64,000 nucleotides of DNA from Isurus oxyrinchus (GCA_026770705.1 JANJGN010000024.1:30876001-30940000), one strand, 5' to 3'. Shown: positions 26,331-40,538, counted from the stretch's first letter. A program made the numbers and translations. Notes: generated from the letters alone by a model not told the origin.

Positions 26331-27076
26331 GGCTAGAATTTATTGAAACAGAAATGGCAAGTCCACGATGCACGCCATTAAAAAACAGCATCTTGTGGAG
26401 CGGTAGAGATGCAGTGTGAGTTGCAAATCACCTCAAATTCCATTGGCCTCGTAAAACTTGAGATGACCATCAATCTCCTCGAGTGTCAAGGAATTGCTGC
26501 ATTTATGTTGCAAAAAAATGAATTAAACTCACCAAGGAAATTTAGGGTTGCTCTTTCATGGCGTAAGGACACATTAATACGGTAATTTATGTTTCTAATA
26601 GCCTTCCACTTTGAAACCAGCCAGCAGTCAATAATAATTTTTCAACACCTGTCGCATAAAGCTCACATCCAGGATGCCACTTAAACTGGAGAAATTATAC
26701 AAGGAAGTAAATTCTTCATTGAGCTAAAAAGAAAAATGCATGAAGGAATGGAACTGAGAGGAACCAGGGAAAGCTTGGTTTAGAAAATGCTTTATTGGAG
26801 GCGATTTTCACTGATTGAGAATGAGCATGCTAGAAACTGGCTGGCAAAGCAAACAATGTTTTTGTCCAGCAGAGAGGAAGTTCATCGAATTTGATTTATT
26901 GTGAATTTCTATAAAATACCTAGCTTTCGCATGTAGGTAATGGCTCTCTTTGGTTCCTGGATTTCATGAATTCAAAAATAACCTGAACCCTGGGCAATAG
27001 GTTTTCTTGTGCATATATTTATGTGACATCTCCACAGAAATATCATTCAGTGATATTCACTCCAATAAATTTTGCT
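26331..27076. mobile_element. Possible old non-autonomous DNA transposon
   Basis: Imperfect inverted termini GGCTAGAATTTATTG / CAATAAATTTTGCT, resembling Harbinger-type TIRs. Confidence 0.3.
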
Positions 27077-27124
27077 TAAATAATTAGACGCCTGAGCTGT
27101 CAGTTCAGAGCTTTTCTAATCATT

Positions 27125-27975
27125 CAGTATCACAGAATTGTTACAGTGCAGAAGGACGCCATTCAGCCCATCGCATCTTCATTGACTCTCCAAATGAGCA
27201 ACTCACTTAGTGCCAGTCTCCTGCCTTCTCCCCATAACCCTGCACATTCTTTCTTTTCAGATAACAGTCTAATTCAATTTTGAAGGCTTTAATTGAACCT
27301 ACCTCTACCACACTCTCTGACACTGCATTCCAGACATTAACCACTCACTGCATAAAAAAGTTTTTCCTCATGTCGCTTTTGTTTCTTTTACCAATTACTT
27401 TAAATCTGTGCCTTCTTATTCTCGATACTTTCACAAGTTTCTCCATTCTGCCCAGACCGCTCCTGATTTTGAATACCTCTATCAAATCTCTCAGACTTAT
27501 TTTCCCCAAAGAGAACAGTCCTAACTTCTCCAACCTGCCTTCATAACTGAAGTTTCTCATCCCTGGAACCATTCTTGTGAATCCTTTCTGTACTTTTTCC
27601 AATCCCTTTGTATCCTTCCTGAAGTGTGGCACCTAGACTTGGATGCAGTATTCCAGCTGAGGCCGAACTAGTGTCTTATACAAGTTCAACATAATCTCCT
27701 TGCTCTTGTACTCTATGCCCCTATTGATAAAGCTTTGGATACTGTATGCTTTATTAACTGCTCTCAACCTGTACTGCCACCTTCAATGATTTACACATAT
27801 ATACACCCAGGTCCCTCTGCTCCTGCACCCCCTTTAGAATTGTGCACATTAATTTAATATTGTTTCGCCATGTTCTTCGTACCAAAATGAATCACTTTTC
27901 ATACCTCTGTGTTGAACTTCATTTGCCACCTGTCTGCCCATTCCACCAATTTGTCCTTTTGAAGTTTTACATTAT
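27125..27975 (-). mobile_element. CR1 3' fragment
   Basis: ORF 27345-27632 (PHFRKD..LEKVQK.FTRMVPGM..RDLIEVFKI) plus 3' UTR. Confidence 0.9.
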
Positions 27976-28209
27976 CCTCAAATATTCAAAATCTTTAATT
28001 TCATTTGTTCAGAAAATAAATTACTGGTGCTATTGATCACCAAGATCCCAGATGCCCAATTGTACCGCAATTTGCACTTCCCACATTTTGAGGCACAAAT
28101 TTAATTTCAGTTGAAGGGTAAGCAAAAGTTTCCAAGTCATCATGCTTAATGTGGGATGCTGCTCCCCACCAAATTCTGTGCCACATTTTGTCTTCCTTTT
28201 ACTTTGATA

Positions 28210-29480
28210 CATTCACTCTGGCAAAATTGGATGGGCGAGAAAATAGATATGGGGATCACAGTGCGGAATTAACCCCCACCTCTTCCTTCCAATGCAGACA
28301 GCATGCAAATGCACTGTTGAGAGGCTGCATGCCTTAGCAGGGAGCTCACATTCATGAAGGCTAGCACCACTTAAAAGCTAACTGCATTTCCTAAGAAGGA
28401 GGTACATTCTGGCTGCAGTGGGTGCTGGAGGTGGCTAGGGAAGAATGTTTGACCAGAAGGAAGTCAGTATAATGTCTCAACAAGGCATGCTACAACCCTC
28501 TTAGGTGCAGCATTGGAGGCTTTGGTGCACATTGCAGACAGGAGAAGGAAAGGAGCTGTGTTGGCTCCTCCTTTCCTCTTCCTCCTCCTCTTTCTTCTCT
28601 TCCTCAGATGCCCACTGTACATGGCTGTGCTCCCATGTTGATGAGGGTTTGCAGGATGCTGCAGACCATGATGAACCTGTGCATATGCCCTGGAGAATAC
28701 TGAAGCGCTTATCCTCCAGAGTGGTACAGGCAGCAAAAGCATTACTGAAGCACTACAACTGCCAGATCAATGACATTTCCCATGGCAGCAAGACTCTCAT
28801 CATATGCATGTGTGGGTTTTGCATGCCAAAGACATGGACTGGGCAGTCAGCAGATAACCCTTGTCACCAAGTAGCCACCCCCCAATTTCCCCATTGTGGC
28901 TCAAATGCTGATGGTACAGTGCATTGGCACAGAATAAAAGCAGCATGAAAGCTGCCAAGATGCCATGCATTGATCTGCATGACTCTCTGAGTATGGTCAC
29001 CCATCAGCTGAACATTAAGGGAGAGAAACTCTTTATATTTGCAGGAAATCTGTGCATTTGCATACGGTAATTGCAAACAGACATGTACGCAGTCAATGGT
29101 ATCCTGCACCATGGGGAAAGCCTGGTGTCCTGACAAAACCTAAGAATGTATGTATTCCTCTCTATTTGCATACAGAGCATCAATGGCCTCCCTTACAGAG
29201 TGGTAGATAGCGAACTGAGAGATGTTGAAAAGTCACCTGCTCCAATCTGGAAGGAACCTGATGTGAAGAACTTGAAGACCACGGTTACCTTTACAGCCAC
29301 TGATAATGCCATCCTCACCCTGCTCTGAGGCTGCAGTTCTGTTTGAAGCAGGTGACAGCTTTCAATGGACATCCCCTGAATGAAGCAGAGGCATCATTCA
29401 AATTGTTCTTCCTTGAGGGATGAAAATTGTTCCTTGAAGACCTTGGGTTACATGATCTCCTGCTAAGAGCAATTCTCTTC
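28210..29480. mobile_element. Decayed PIF/Harbinger element (transposase remnant on minus ~28860-29460, possible Myb-like remnant on plus ~28470)
   Basis: Minus strand gives VKVTVV.KFFTSGSFQ..GD and FPMVQDTIDCVHV..SLNVQL..DH (HARBI1/DDE_Tnp_4-like). Plus strand gives AALEALV (weak Myb-like start). Confidence 0.8.
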
Positions 29481-29484
29481 CTCC

Positions 29485-32400
29485 TTCTCAGGACAGGGCT
29501 TTAAATAAGAGTGTGGGGGTTGGGGGAGTGGGGGTAGAGGGGGAGCAGGGCTCTGATGAAGGGGGAGTAAGGAACCCAAAGAGAAATGGTGAGGCATTGG
29601 AACAGTACAATGATGTGGGTAAAGACAAGCAGAGCAGGGCCGAGAGGGACAGAGAGTTTAACAAAAAAATTATTTTAGTGAATAAGTTCTTTGCAGGGAA
29701 TAGAAGCAAAGAAATGAAATTAAAAGTGCGCGAAGCAGCTGCAGTAAGATAGATGAATTACTGGCACAAATAGAGGTAAATGATTTAGATCTGCTCGCCA
29801 TTACAGAAACATGTTTACAAGATGATCAAAGTTGGGAAATAAATATTCCAGGCACACAATATTTCAGAAAGACTGGCAGAATGGCAAAGGGGGTGGGGTA
29901 GCCCTTGCACTAATGGATGGCACGAGGACATTAGTGAGAAAGGATCTGGCCCATGAAGATCATGAAGTAGAATCAGTATGGGTGAAAATTAGGAATGGCA
30001 AGAGTCAGAAAATAATGGTGAGAGTAGTTTCTAGGCTCCCTAACAGTAATTATATCATTGGACAGAGCATTAAATAAGGAATTATTGCAGCCTGTAAAAA
30101 GAAAATGTAAAATTTGTGGATGTCTTTAATCTTCATACAGACTGGGGCAATCAAATTGGCAAGAATGTTGTGGAAGATGAGTTTGTAGAATGTTTTTGTG
30201 ACAGTTTCTTGGATCGGTACATAGTGAACTGGCTAGGGATAAATTTTTCTTAGATCTAGTGTTGTATAATGAAGCAGGGTTAATTAGTAATGTCATAGTA
30301 AAAGATCCACAAGGAAATAGTGACCATTTAATTCCATATTAAGTTTGAAAATGACATATTCCAATCGCAAACAAAAATCTTTAAACTTAAACATAACTAA
30401 TTATCCAGGTATGAGAGAAGAACTGGCTAAGGTTAATTGGGTAGATAGACTAATAGGCATGGAGATAAATGAACAGTAGGAGGCATTTAAAGAAATGGCT
30501 TAAACAATTCCACAAAAATTCTTCAAGAAAGACCCATCCGTGGCTCACTCAAGAAGTTAAGGATAGTATTAGAATAAAAGAAGAGGCTTACAATGTTGCA
30601 AAAAAATAGCACAAGTCTGAGGAATTGGAGTGTTTTAGAAACCAGCAAAGTGTCACTGCAAAGTGAATAAAAAGGGGAAAATATGAGAGTAAACTAGCCA
30701 GAAATAACAAAAAAAATTGCAAGAATTTTTATAAGTATATAAAAAGGAAGAGAGTAGCTAAAGTAAATGTTGGTCCCTTAGAAACAGAGACAGGAGACAT
30801 TATCATGGGGAATGAGGAAATGGCTGAGGCATTGAACAAATATTTTGTGCCTGTCTCCACAGTAGAAGACACACATTGCACATTCCATAACAGAAATAGA
30901 CAGTAATCAAGGGGCTAAAAAAATTGGGGAAATTAATATCAACAGAAGTAAAGTATTGAAGAAACTTAAGGGACTAAAATTGAACAAATCTCCAGGACCT
31001 AGGATTACACCCTAGGGTTTTTAAAAGAGATAACAGTAGAGATAGTAGAAGTTGGCAAATGTTACACCACTTTTCAAAAAAAAGGAGGGAGAAGACAGTG
31101 AGCTATAGGCCACTTAGCCTAACATCAGTTGTGGGGAAATGCTAGAATCTAATATTAAAGAAGACTTAACAATGCAGTTAAAAAAGCATAGTAGGACAAG
31201 TCAACATGGTTTTACAAAAGGGAAATTCTATTTGACACATTTATTAGAGTTTTCTGGGGATGTAACTAGTAGGGTAGATAAAGGGGAACAAGAAGGTGTA
31301 GAATGCCTGGATTTCTACAAAACATTTGATAAGGTGCTGCACAAAAGGCTAATAGGCAAAATAAGGGCTCATGGAGATGGGGCTAACATATTAGCATGGA
31401 TAGAGGATTGGTTAATGGAAAGAAAACAGAGAGTGAGCATAATTGAGGCTTTTTCAAGTTGGTAGGCAGTGAATAATGGAGTGTCGTAAGGATCAATGCC
31501 ATGAGAATCTATATTAATGATTTAGATGAAGAGACAGACAGTAATGTATTCAGGTTTGCTGATTATGCCAAACAAAGTGGAAAGGTAAGCTGCAGGGAGA
31601 ACACAGAGAGGTTGCAAAGAGATTTAGGCACGTTAGGTGAGTGAGAAACAAGATGACAGATGGAGTACAATGTAGGGAAATGCGTAGCTATAAGAATAAA
31701 ATAGCAGAATATTCTTAAAAGATGATAAACTTGTAAGTGATGATTTACAAAGAGACTTGAGTGTGCTTGTACAAGGAACACAATCCAGAATGTTATGTTC
31801 CACAGGCGGGCATGCGCCCAGCCAGAACAGGTATAAAATCACAGGTGATGATGTCAGGCAAGCATCCCAATGTCACCATGCACTCGTGTGATATTTCTCA
31901 TGGTAGGCATGAGCATAAGTCAGAAGAGCGCCCGCTGACAATTAAGCGGGCAATTAAGCTCAGTAACGGCCTACTTGTAAGCGATTTTCTGTGGCCCGTC
32001 CAACCTTATGGTTGGTGCATGGGTCAATCAGCCAGGTGGGCTTAACATTTTTAATAAAACCTCATCCAAGGGCGGGATGAAGTCTCCGTTAGGATATAAA
32101 ATAAAAGAAATATCTGGGGACTGTTTTTTATGAGGTATGCTTTCAGGTGCTTTATTGTGCTGCATGGACACTTTTGTGCTTTCTTTTATTGTTTGGAGGT
32201 CTGCAGCTCCCTGAGGCAGCTGTCTGCCATTCCTACTAACAGTGCTGAGCCTTTCTCAAGGCGCGTCTCATGCTGGCTAGCCGCTAATTAGACAGCCAGA
32301 GTGAAATCGCGGTCAGGAGACTTCCCCGTCTGCTTCCTGGCCCGCCAATCATGCAGCCTGACGAGTGCAAAATTCAGGCCAGAAAGTTAGCATGCAGGCA

Positions 32401-33062
32401 CATCAGGCAATTAGGAAGGCAAATGGCATGTTGACCTTTATTGCAAGGGGATTGGAGTACATGAATAAAGAAGTTTTGCTGCAGTTTTGCAGGGTTTTAG
32501 TGAGACTGCATCTGGAATGTGCAGTTCTGGTCTCCACATTTAAGGAAAGATATACTTGCTTAGAGGCGGTACAGCGAAGGTTCACTGAATTGGTTCCTGG
32601 GATAAGGGGCTATGATGAGATGCTCAGTGAATTGGGCTTATATTCTCTGGGCTTATATTCTCTGGGCTCTAGAAGCATGAGGGGCAATCTCATTAAAACC
32701 TACAAAATTCTGAAGGGGCTTGATACAGTGGATTCTAGGAGATTTTTTTCTGTTTGTTTGGGAATCTAAAACATGGGGGCACAGTCTCGAGGTAAGGGGC
32801 CAATCATTTAGGACTGTGATGAGGAGAAATTTCATCACTCAAAAGGTTGTGAATCTTTGGAATTCTTGGCCCGAGCGGTTTGCAGATGCTCTGATGCTGA
32901 ATTAAGGATGGAATAGACAAATTTTTGGTCTCTCAGGGGATTAAGGGATATGAGGAGCAGACGGGAAAGTGGAGTTGAAGCCCAGGATCACCCATGATAG
33001 TATTGAATAGTGCAGCAGGCGCAATGGGCCATGTGGTCTAGCCCTGCTCCTATTCCTATGTT
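29485..33062 (+). mobile_element. CR1 LINE ORF2 (APE plus RT) and 3' UTR, degenerate, with a MITE insertion
   Basis: ORFs 29832-30077 (GKGGGVAL, ESVWV), 31139-31465 (SQHGFTKGK..DFYKTFDKVLH) and 32365-32769. The tail ends ~33060. Confidence 0.92.
31783..32380. mobile_element. MITE family A copy inserted in CR1
   Basis: TCCAGAAT ... AATTCAGGCC. The CR1 sequence resumes (AGAAAGTTAGCATG) at 32381. Confidence 0.85.
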
Positions 33063-35299
33063 CTCCTTCTTCAAGCAGCCTGTCCTTATTTGTGTTGTCT
33101 CTGTTACATTCTCTGTATCACACTACAAGCCAAGGGGGATCGAAAATGCACCACCTGTGACTTGGAGCAAGTGGTCTGACCAGTGTCCTTGAAGTCAGAA
33201 CCACATGTGATGCCATTCTCTGAAGATGCCAAGAACTTCAGCTAGCAGTACAAACCTTCAAACACTTCGAATAACTCAGTGGCAGACAGAAATTAGCCAG
33301 CAATCATACTGATGATGGCGATTCTTTGCATAGCACTGGTAGGCCTGGGGTAAGGGTGGGCTGGTGGGGTGGGGGGGTCGGGGGATGGCGCTGTGGTGGG
33401 GGCATGGTCCTTCCTGCTGTTGAATGCATGTTCAGCTATATGATGTCGAAAGAGAATGCTAGTTGGGCATTAAGGTTGAAAATAATATTATAAGGGTCAA
33501 ACCAGTCTTAAACTCTGAATGACACCACAACCTGCCTGCTTCTGGCACACACTCCTAACATCTGTGCTAACGGCCAATACTCAAAAATACTCAAAATGGT
33601 CCACATTGGAAGTGCGCATGTGCGGTTGTAGGGCCATTTTGGCCCCAAAATTGCACATGTGGTGCTGAAAATACAAGCACCTGAATTTTGAGGCCTCTGT
33701 CTTCTCTAGTCCCCCAATTTATACTATTTACGTCCTGACTTTCAAGCTTATGTCAGCTGCGATGCCCAATATCTACAGCCTGGACAACCCACACCAGCTC
33801 AGACATCGCTCTGAATATTGTAGTACCTCTGTGATATAATTGTGGAAAACATTGAACAGTTTGGGGAAAAATGGAAAAGAATTATAATTTTAGGTGACTG
33901 GGACACTTTGCAAACCTGTTTCATTGTGATATCGGTTTTACTTTCAGGATCATTCTATGAATAAGACGTCAATTTGGTGATCATTTTTCTCAAATGTCTC
34001 AGATCAAAAGAAAATTTGATTCCAATGTATGTATTATTCTTTTTCACATCTCCCACATTTAACTGATTACGACACAAGCCACTTTAACACACTAATGCTT
34101 CAGAGTCGTAAACAGGTAATGAACTAGGCAAGCAATTTCTTCTGCATCACAACCTATGGCACATTCGGTGGGAAAATTATAAATAAGCCATCTGCATCTG
34201 CCTCCAATCCCAAATTATGGTCAATTTGCAATGGATGAAGGCCTATTTAGGATATAATTTAAAGTCTGCATGCACATTTATCAAATGGTAAAATCACATC
34301 ACCTTGTAAAGTAATGGATGTATCACCTACTGAACTATATTTGACAAGATTAAAGCGAACTTCAATGTGAGACATTTCTAATTTCATACATCTGGACAAC
34401 ACTTTTTAGTTTTCATTTATGATTCAAATTGTTTATTTCAATTGATTCTTATTTTAAAGTTCCAATTTGGGTTTTAAAACAAAATAATGGATGTGAAGGT
34501 TTTTTTTTAAATTATAGGATTATATGTACATGCTATTGTATTTTTCGTATTGCCAAGTCAGGTTATTGTCAACTCCATTTATATCTGGAACAGTCAAGGT
34601 AACCTATCAGGTGCTATGGGACATGAAAGACAACTTCTCGCTTTTACACTAAATTTACATTTGAACTTCCACGAACTGTTCAGCATTTGCGGTTTCACAT
34701 CAGCCATGTATCTGCTGGTAAGGGCTCTGTCCTCATAGTAATGAGGTTCTTCACATCAGCACTAAACTTGGTGTGTAAATTTGTTGTGAAGGCCCAAGCT
34801 AATTTTCAAGTGAAGGAGAGCGAGGCATCCTTGTTCAGGGATCCTGGTGCTGCTTGATCCCAATGTCAGCATGGCCCAGTTGAATAAGACTGCAAAATGT
34901 CTCACATTCTCCATGATCTGCAATGGTCATTATGCTTGACTGAGATTACAGGCAGCAAGCACAATATAGGAAGGATTTGCGTGCTAAGTGATGGTTGGGA
35001 AAGAGGAACCTACCCACAGCGGTGGAGAATATTGTATCTGCAAGTTATGTGACATTTATATTCATTTCTAATTGTAGATCATTCTCTTTAGTATACTCAT
35101 TTCAAATGTTGCTGGTTGGGTTGAACAACTCTGGTGTACTTTTCTTGAATTTGAAAGGGGTGCTTATCGAAATAGAAACCATCAGAATTGAGTGGATCCA
35201 AACAGAAAAACACATGTTTTGCCCCCTGTTTAATGATAAGAATCTTCTTCAGCACAGTATTTATATGAACCATTGCCAATGAGCTCTGTTGAAATCGTG

Positions 35300-35966
35300 G
35301 GGCAGAATTTTTAGGTCAGCGGGCGGGTGCGATCAGCAGGTCAGGGATCAGCCGGGAAATGGACTGCTGACCACAATCAGTCCCCCGGTCGTGATTTCAC
35401 ACTGGCTGGCCAACTAACATTGAGAAGCTTAGCACTGCCAGGGCGGGGTTGGGGGTGGACTTTGATGTCAGGTCAGACACGGGCGAGCGCTGACAGAAAG
35501 CATCCTGAAGGCAGAGAGCTGCCCCAGGGAGCTGAAGACCTGGAAAATCATTTTATAAAGTTTTGTTTTTAAAATCAGGAAAATAATGCCCAAGCATCAC
35601 AATCAGTCACCTGAACATACACATGATAAAAATGCTACCCATAGATTGTTCTTTTTTCTTTCATTTAATAATGAAAACCTCATCCCACCCTTGGCTGAGG
35701 CTTCATGAAATATTCAAAGTCCACATGGCCAATTTGCCCATCCACCAACCATAAGTTTGGACAGAGCAGGAAAAAATGGAGACAATTGCACCTTCAATAA
35801 TCTCATCGGCCTCTTAATTGTCGGTGGGCATGCTTCCAACTTTTCTGTGCGCCCGCTGAATAAAATATCGCGTGAGTGATGAAGTGGGGACGCTCGCCCG
35901 ACGTCATCTCGGTCAATTTCGTGGCCAATCAGGTCAGGCAAGCGCACCTCCGATCAAATTTTGCCC
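35300..35966. mobile_element. MITE family A copy
   Basis: GGGCAGAATTTT ... AAATTTTGCCC; flanks GTG/TTG. Confidence 0.88.
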
Positions 35967-36299
35967 TTGGGCTTCAAAATAGTTAAGAGGTTTAAATTTA
36001 AAGCTTCAAATAATTCATATGTTCTGAGATCCTGAGCATCGACTCAGATGAGGACATGCCTAGAATTCTCTATTTAAAGGATACAATATAATCATTAGAA
36101 AAAGTTCGGCAAAAAGATGGAATTTATTGAATCCACACTGTTCAAGTAACCTGGACATCGTGTTTTAAAATGAAGGAAATAGCTATTCCCACTTAACTCA
36201 GTTCTCCTGAAAGGCAATTGACCCATTATGAACCCATTATTGATCAACCGTTATTTGTAAAAACCTGAAATGTTAAGTTGGAGTTATTCTCCAGTACAG

Positions 36300-38230
36300 A
36301 ACCCCACTGTACACCTTCCTCCAGTCCAAAAAACAACTGTTTACCTCTACCCTCTATTTCCAATCACTCAGCCGACCTTATATCCATACTGCCACTGACC
36401 CTTTTATTCCATAGACTTCAATTTTGCTGATAAGCCTATTATATGGCATTGTGTCAAACACCTTCTGGAACTCCTTGTACACCACCAACCACATAATCCT
36501 TATCAATTCTCATTGTTACCTCATCAAAAAAAAAATCAATGAAGTTAGACATGACTTGGTCATCTCTCAATCTCTTTTCTACAGAAAAGAGCCCCAGCTT
36601 GTTAAATCTTTCTTTACAGTTATACTTCTCAATTCTGGTTTTATCCTTGTAACTATTTTTGTACTTTCTCTAAGTGTCTGTATCCTTGTTATTTTTTTTA
36701 AGTTATCCATCAATGGGATGTGGACATTGCTGTCAAATCCAGCATTTACTGTCCATTCCTTATTGGCCTGGATAAAGCCATGATGAGCAACACCCCTGTT
36801 TGTAGCTGAGTAGTTCGGTGAATTCAGAGGAAAGTTAGGAGTCACCCACACTTCTGTGTGTCTGGGGCTACGTATCAGCCAGATCGAGTAAGGATGTCAG
36901 ATGTCCTTCCCAAAAGGGCACTAATAGACCAGATGGTTTTTTTTATGACAATCTGGGGCCAGAATCTTTCCGTCGGCGAGCTGGAGGCGGGGCCAGCTCG
37001 CTGATGCAAGATGACATCAGGTAGAACCCCTGACATCATCTCGCCCCATTTAAATATTCAAGAAGGCGGGGGGACAGCGCGAACAGCTGTCTGCACGCCG
37101 ACCTGTCAGTGGCCAATTGAGGCCATTGACAGGATAATTAAAGTCATTTAAGGGACCTGCCTGTCTAACCTTAAGGCTGGTGGGCAGGCCAGGAGCCCCA
37201 GCGGGCTTCTGAAAAAACATGAAACCTCATCCACCGGCAGGATGAGGTTTCATGTCTGTTTTAAAAAACGTTAATAAAGTTTATGTGATATTTATTAACA
37301 GTTCCCATCTCATGTGATATTGTCACATGAGGGGGACATGTTAATAACTTTTTTATTTTTCTATTTTTTTAAGTTTATAAAACTTTCAGCCCCCTCGCTG
37401 AGGCTACACTTAGCCTCAGGGAGATGTGCACTCTTTCATGCACTTTGACAGTTGGGGAATCCCTCCCCCACCCCTGCACAGGAATCACATAGCGCTTCCT
37501 GTTGGGCAGCCCACAGGATGGGCCTTAATTGGCCCACCCACTCAAAATAGCGGCAGGGCCCATTTCGGCGGCAGCGATCAGCTGTCCGCCCACAGCCGAG
37601 CCGGTGGGACCCGCCCGCCCATAAAGGCCAAAATTCTGCCCTGGTAGTTTTTTAGCCATCATTGCTGATACTAGCTTTTAATTCCAGATTTATTTAATCA
37701 ATTGAATTTAAATTCCCCAGCGACGCTGGTGGAATTTGAGCTCATATCTCTGGACCATTAGTTCAGACTTCAGATCGCTAGGTTAGTAACATAACCAGAT
37801 AATATGGAAATCAATACTCCACATGCGGTCTAACCAAGGTTCAGCTTCCATGTTTTCAATTCCACCCCTTAGAAATAGAGACCACTTTCCCTTTCTGTGG
37901 CCTTATGAACCTGTGCCACTATTTTAGTAATTTGCCTGATTGTACTTTCTTTGCTCTTCTACTCCATTGAGACTCTTATTATGTAAACAATATGTGGCTT
38001 CCTTATTCTTCCCACCAAAATGCACAACCTCACTTTTATCCATATCAAAAATAATGTCCTAATTGTACAGTGATTTTGTAAGTTTATTAATATCTTCTTG
38101 CAATTTCCTGTAGTTTTCCTCACTATTAACTATACCTCCCCCACCCCGCACCACAATTTGGTGTATTCGCAAATTTAGAAATTGTACTATTGATTCTTGA
38201 GTCCCAACTTGCTAACGTGAATTATGACCA
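36300..38230 (-). mobile_element. Nested stack: old CR1 fragment > tRNA-SINE (~36695-37800) > MITE
   Basis: CR1 RT remnants at ~36300-36690 and ~37800-38230. SINE tail at ~36700 and SINE head at ~37645-37800 surround the MITE. Confidence 0.65.
36957..37641. mobile_element. MITE family A copy, perfect 3-bp TSD
   Basis: TGG-GGCCAGAATCTT ... AAAATTCTGCCC-TGG. Confidence 0.92.
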
Positions 38231-38731
38231 AAAGGTTTTAATATCTGTTTTTGGCATTACTCAGATTGATCACTAAAATGAACCAATAATCCCAAAACAA
38301 AAAGAGAGTAATCCCGAAAAATGCTCATAGAATGGAAAAATCCAGCAAAAAAAGTGATTATTACACCATAATACACCATTACGCCACTCATGGAATTTTA
38401 CACCATCATTCTTTCATCCATCTGCTATTGGGTGGAATTTTGCCCCTTGGCAAAACCGGGATCGGTGGGGACGGGCGGGGAGATTGGGGAGCCGACTGCT
38501 GCCCACGATTGGCAGCGCTCCGTGATTTTACACTGCCCGGCCAATTACTGCCAGCCTAGTGAGATACATGGCTTGGGAATGAGGGCGAAGGGGCAGGCGG
38601 GGGCAGGGCAAGATGTCTGCTATGTCCAATGGGCAACCTGGTGGCCAATTCAAAAGCGGTCTCGGCAGACCCTGGAAAGGTGCCACAGAAGGATGCTGAC
38701 ACCTGGTCAATGCAAACAGTTGCGAAAGGAC

Positions 38732-40538
38732 ATGTCAGGTGGGAGGGCAGGTCGGTGGGGCAGTCGGCCCCGTGTTTTAGGGCCAGTGCCTCACAGCCCT
38801 CCTGGATGAGGTGGCAGCGAGGAGGGAAACCCTTGTCCCCAGGGGCAGGAGTGGGAGGAACCCCCCACCTACCAAAAAGGCCCGGGAGGAGGTGGCATCC
38901 AGAGTCAGCAGCCACAACCTGGTGAGGCGCACATGGGTGCAGTGCCGGAAGTGCTTCAACATTCTCCTGTGATTGGGAAGGGTGAGTACCTTGTTAGCAT
39001 GGGTCACTTTGCAGAAAAGTTAAGAGCTTCCCATCCCCCCGTGGACTCAGGGGTGTGAGGGTGTGAGTGGCAAATGTCAATGAGGCGGGAAGTGGCAAAG
39101 AGGGTGAGTCCCGCCTGCTTGGACTGAGTGCCTTGCGGCCCCAGGGCCACAAATCGGTTGAGACCTGCCTCAGGGGGGATTGGCCATTCTGTAATGGTGC
39201 TGCAGGTGGAGAGTGGACTTTTCAATGCTCTTCTGTCCTTTCAGGAGAAAACATCCCATAGCAATGTTGAAAGGTCATGGACTGACAGGGGACCCCACAC
39301 CTCCTCATCCTCACACACTATGAGCAGGAGGCCCTGGAGCTGGAGAGGCACTGTCATGCACTTTGGTCAAGCGGCCATGTGAGGTTGGAGTGCCAGAGGA
39401 AGGTAAGAGTGCAGTGAAATGAGGTAAGAATGTCGGTTATTGCAACCATTCCAGTGCAGTCTCTATATTGACGTGAACCTTGAAGCTGGAATCCCCATTG
39501 ATAATCAAAAGATGAGGGCACCATGATGCAGATCTCTGTCTCATCAGGGTGCCAAGCATGCCTAGTGACAGTGTCTTGACTTAAACTAATGAAATGTCCT
39601 CCTTCTCCCTTATAGGCTCACCAGCAGCCGGTCATCATGAGGAGCCTGAAAGCCCATCTCTGACCCCTGAGGACCACCTCTGTCATACACTCTCTGTCAA
39701 GCAGGCATCAGCACAGGTACAAGCACCTCGGTGGGCATTACATCCCTGTGCAGTCTATCGGTGCACATTGGTGACAGCACTTCGCACTTGCCTGAGGTGC
39801 AGGCGGAGGCAGAGAATACCCAGGGCATCAACAGTTGGAGGATTGCTGGGGATCAGGACAAGGCTCAGTCAATGGTTGATGATGGGCCTCTGGAATCGTC
39901 CATGAGGCAGCAGATGCTGATAGCCCAGCAGAGTGTGAGGGAGGATCTGATGGAGATACATGAAGGAATGCGTGTCATGGTGTTCATTGTGGAGGAGTCC
40001 CAGCGAAGCATATGCACTTCATTGACCCTCATGGCCAAGCGCACTGCCTCCTCCATGGATAGTGGCGACTCTCATGGAGAGGCTCCTCCAGGGACTCAAT
40101 CAGGGGTTCCTGGGGATGTACTCGGACCTGCAAGCCCACACACCAGCAATGACCTCAGCTGTTCAGTGTCAGTGTAGGAGATGGATTGGGCACCCAGTAT
40201 CCCAGCTAAGTGCCCGTCTATCAATGGTGAGCAGGGAGGTCCAATGTGACCTCATGCTGGTGCACAAGCTGCTTGTCATCTCTACGGGCTCCTCTCAGGG
40301 CACTCCAGATGATGCCAGCAGCTCCTCCGCCCCTCTGCCAGTGACTGTGGCATCTGATGAGGCTGCAGCAACTGGGGAGATGCCAGCAGTGGAACTGGCT
40401 GCTCCCTCCCAGGCAGGGCCAGAACAGGCTCCAAGGGCCAGAGGATGCCCGCCAAGGTTATCAAGGCCACTAGGACAGCAGAATGACCAGGCTGTTTCCA
40501 ATGCCGGTGCCAGAGGGTGGGAGCACCTAGCTCCGTAG
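38732..40538 (+). pseudogene. Harbinger Myb/SANT-like DNA-binding protein gene, 3 exons (~38732-38981, 39245-39402, 39616-40538), frameshifted
   Basis: APCF..ALLDEVAARRETL..EEVASRVSS....RTWVQCRKCFN. Splice sites AGG|GTGAGT, TTTCAG|GAG, AAG|GTAAGA and TTATAG|GCT. Confidence 0.8.
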
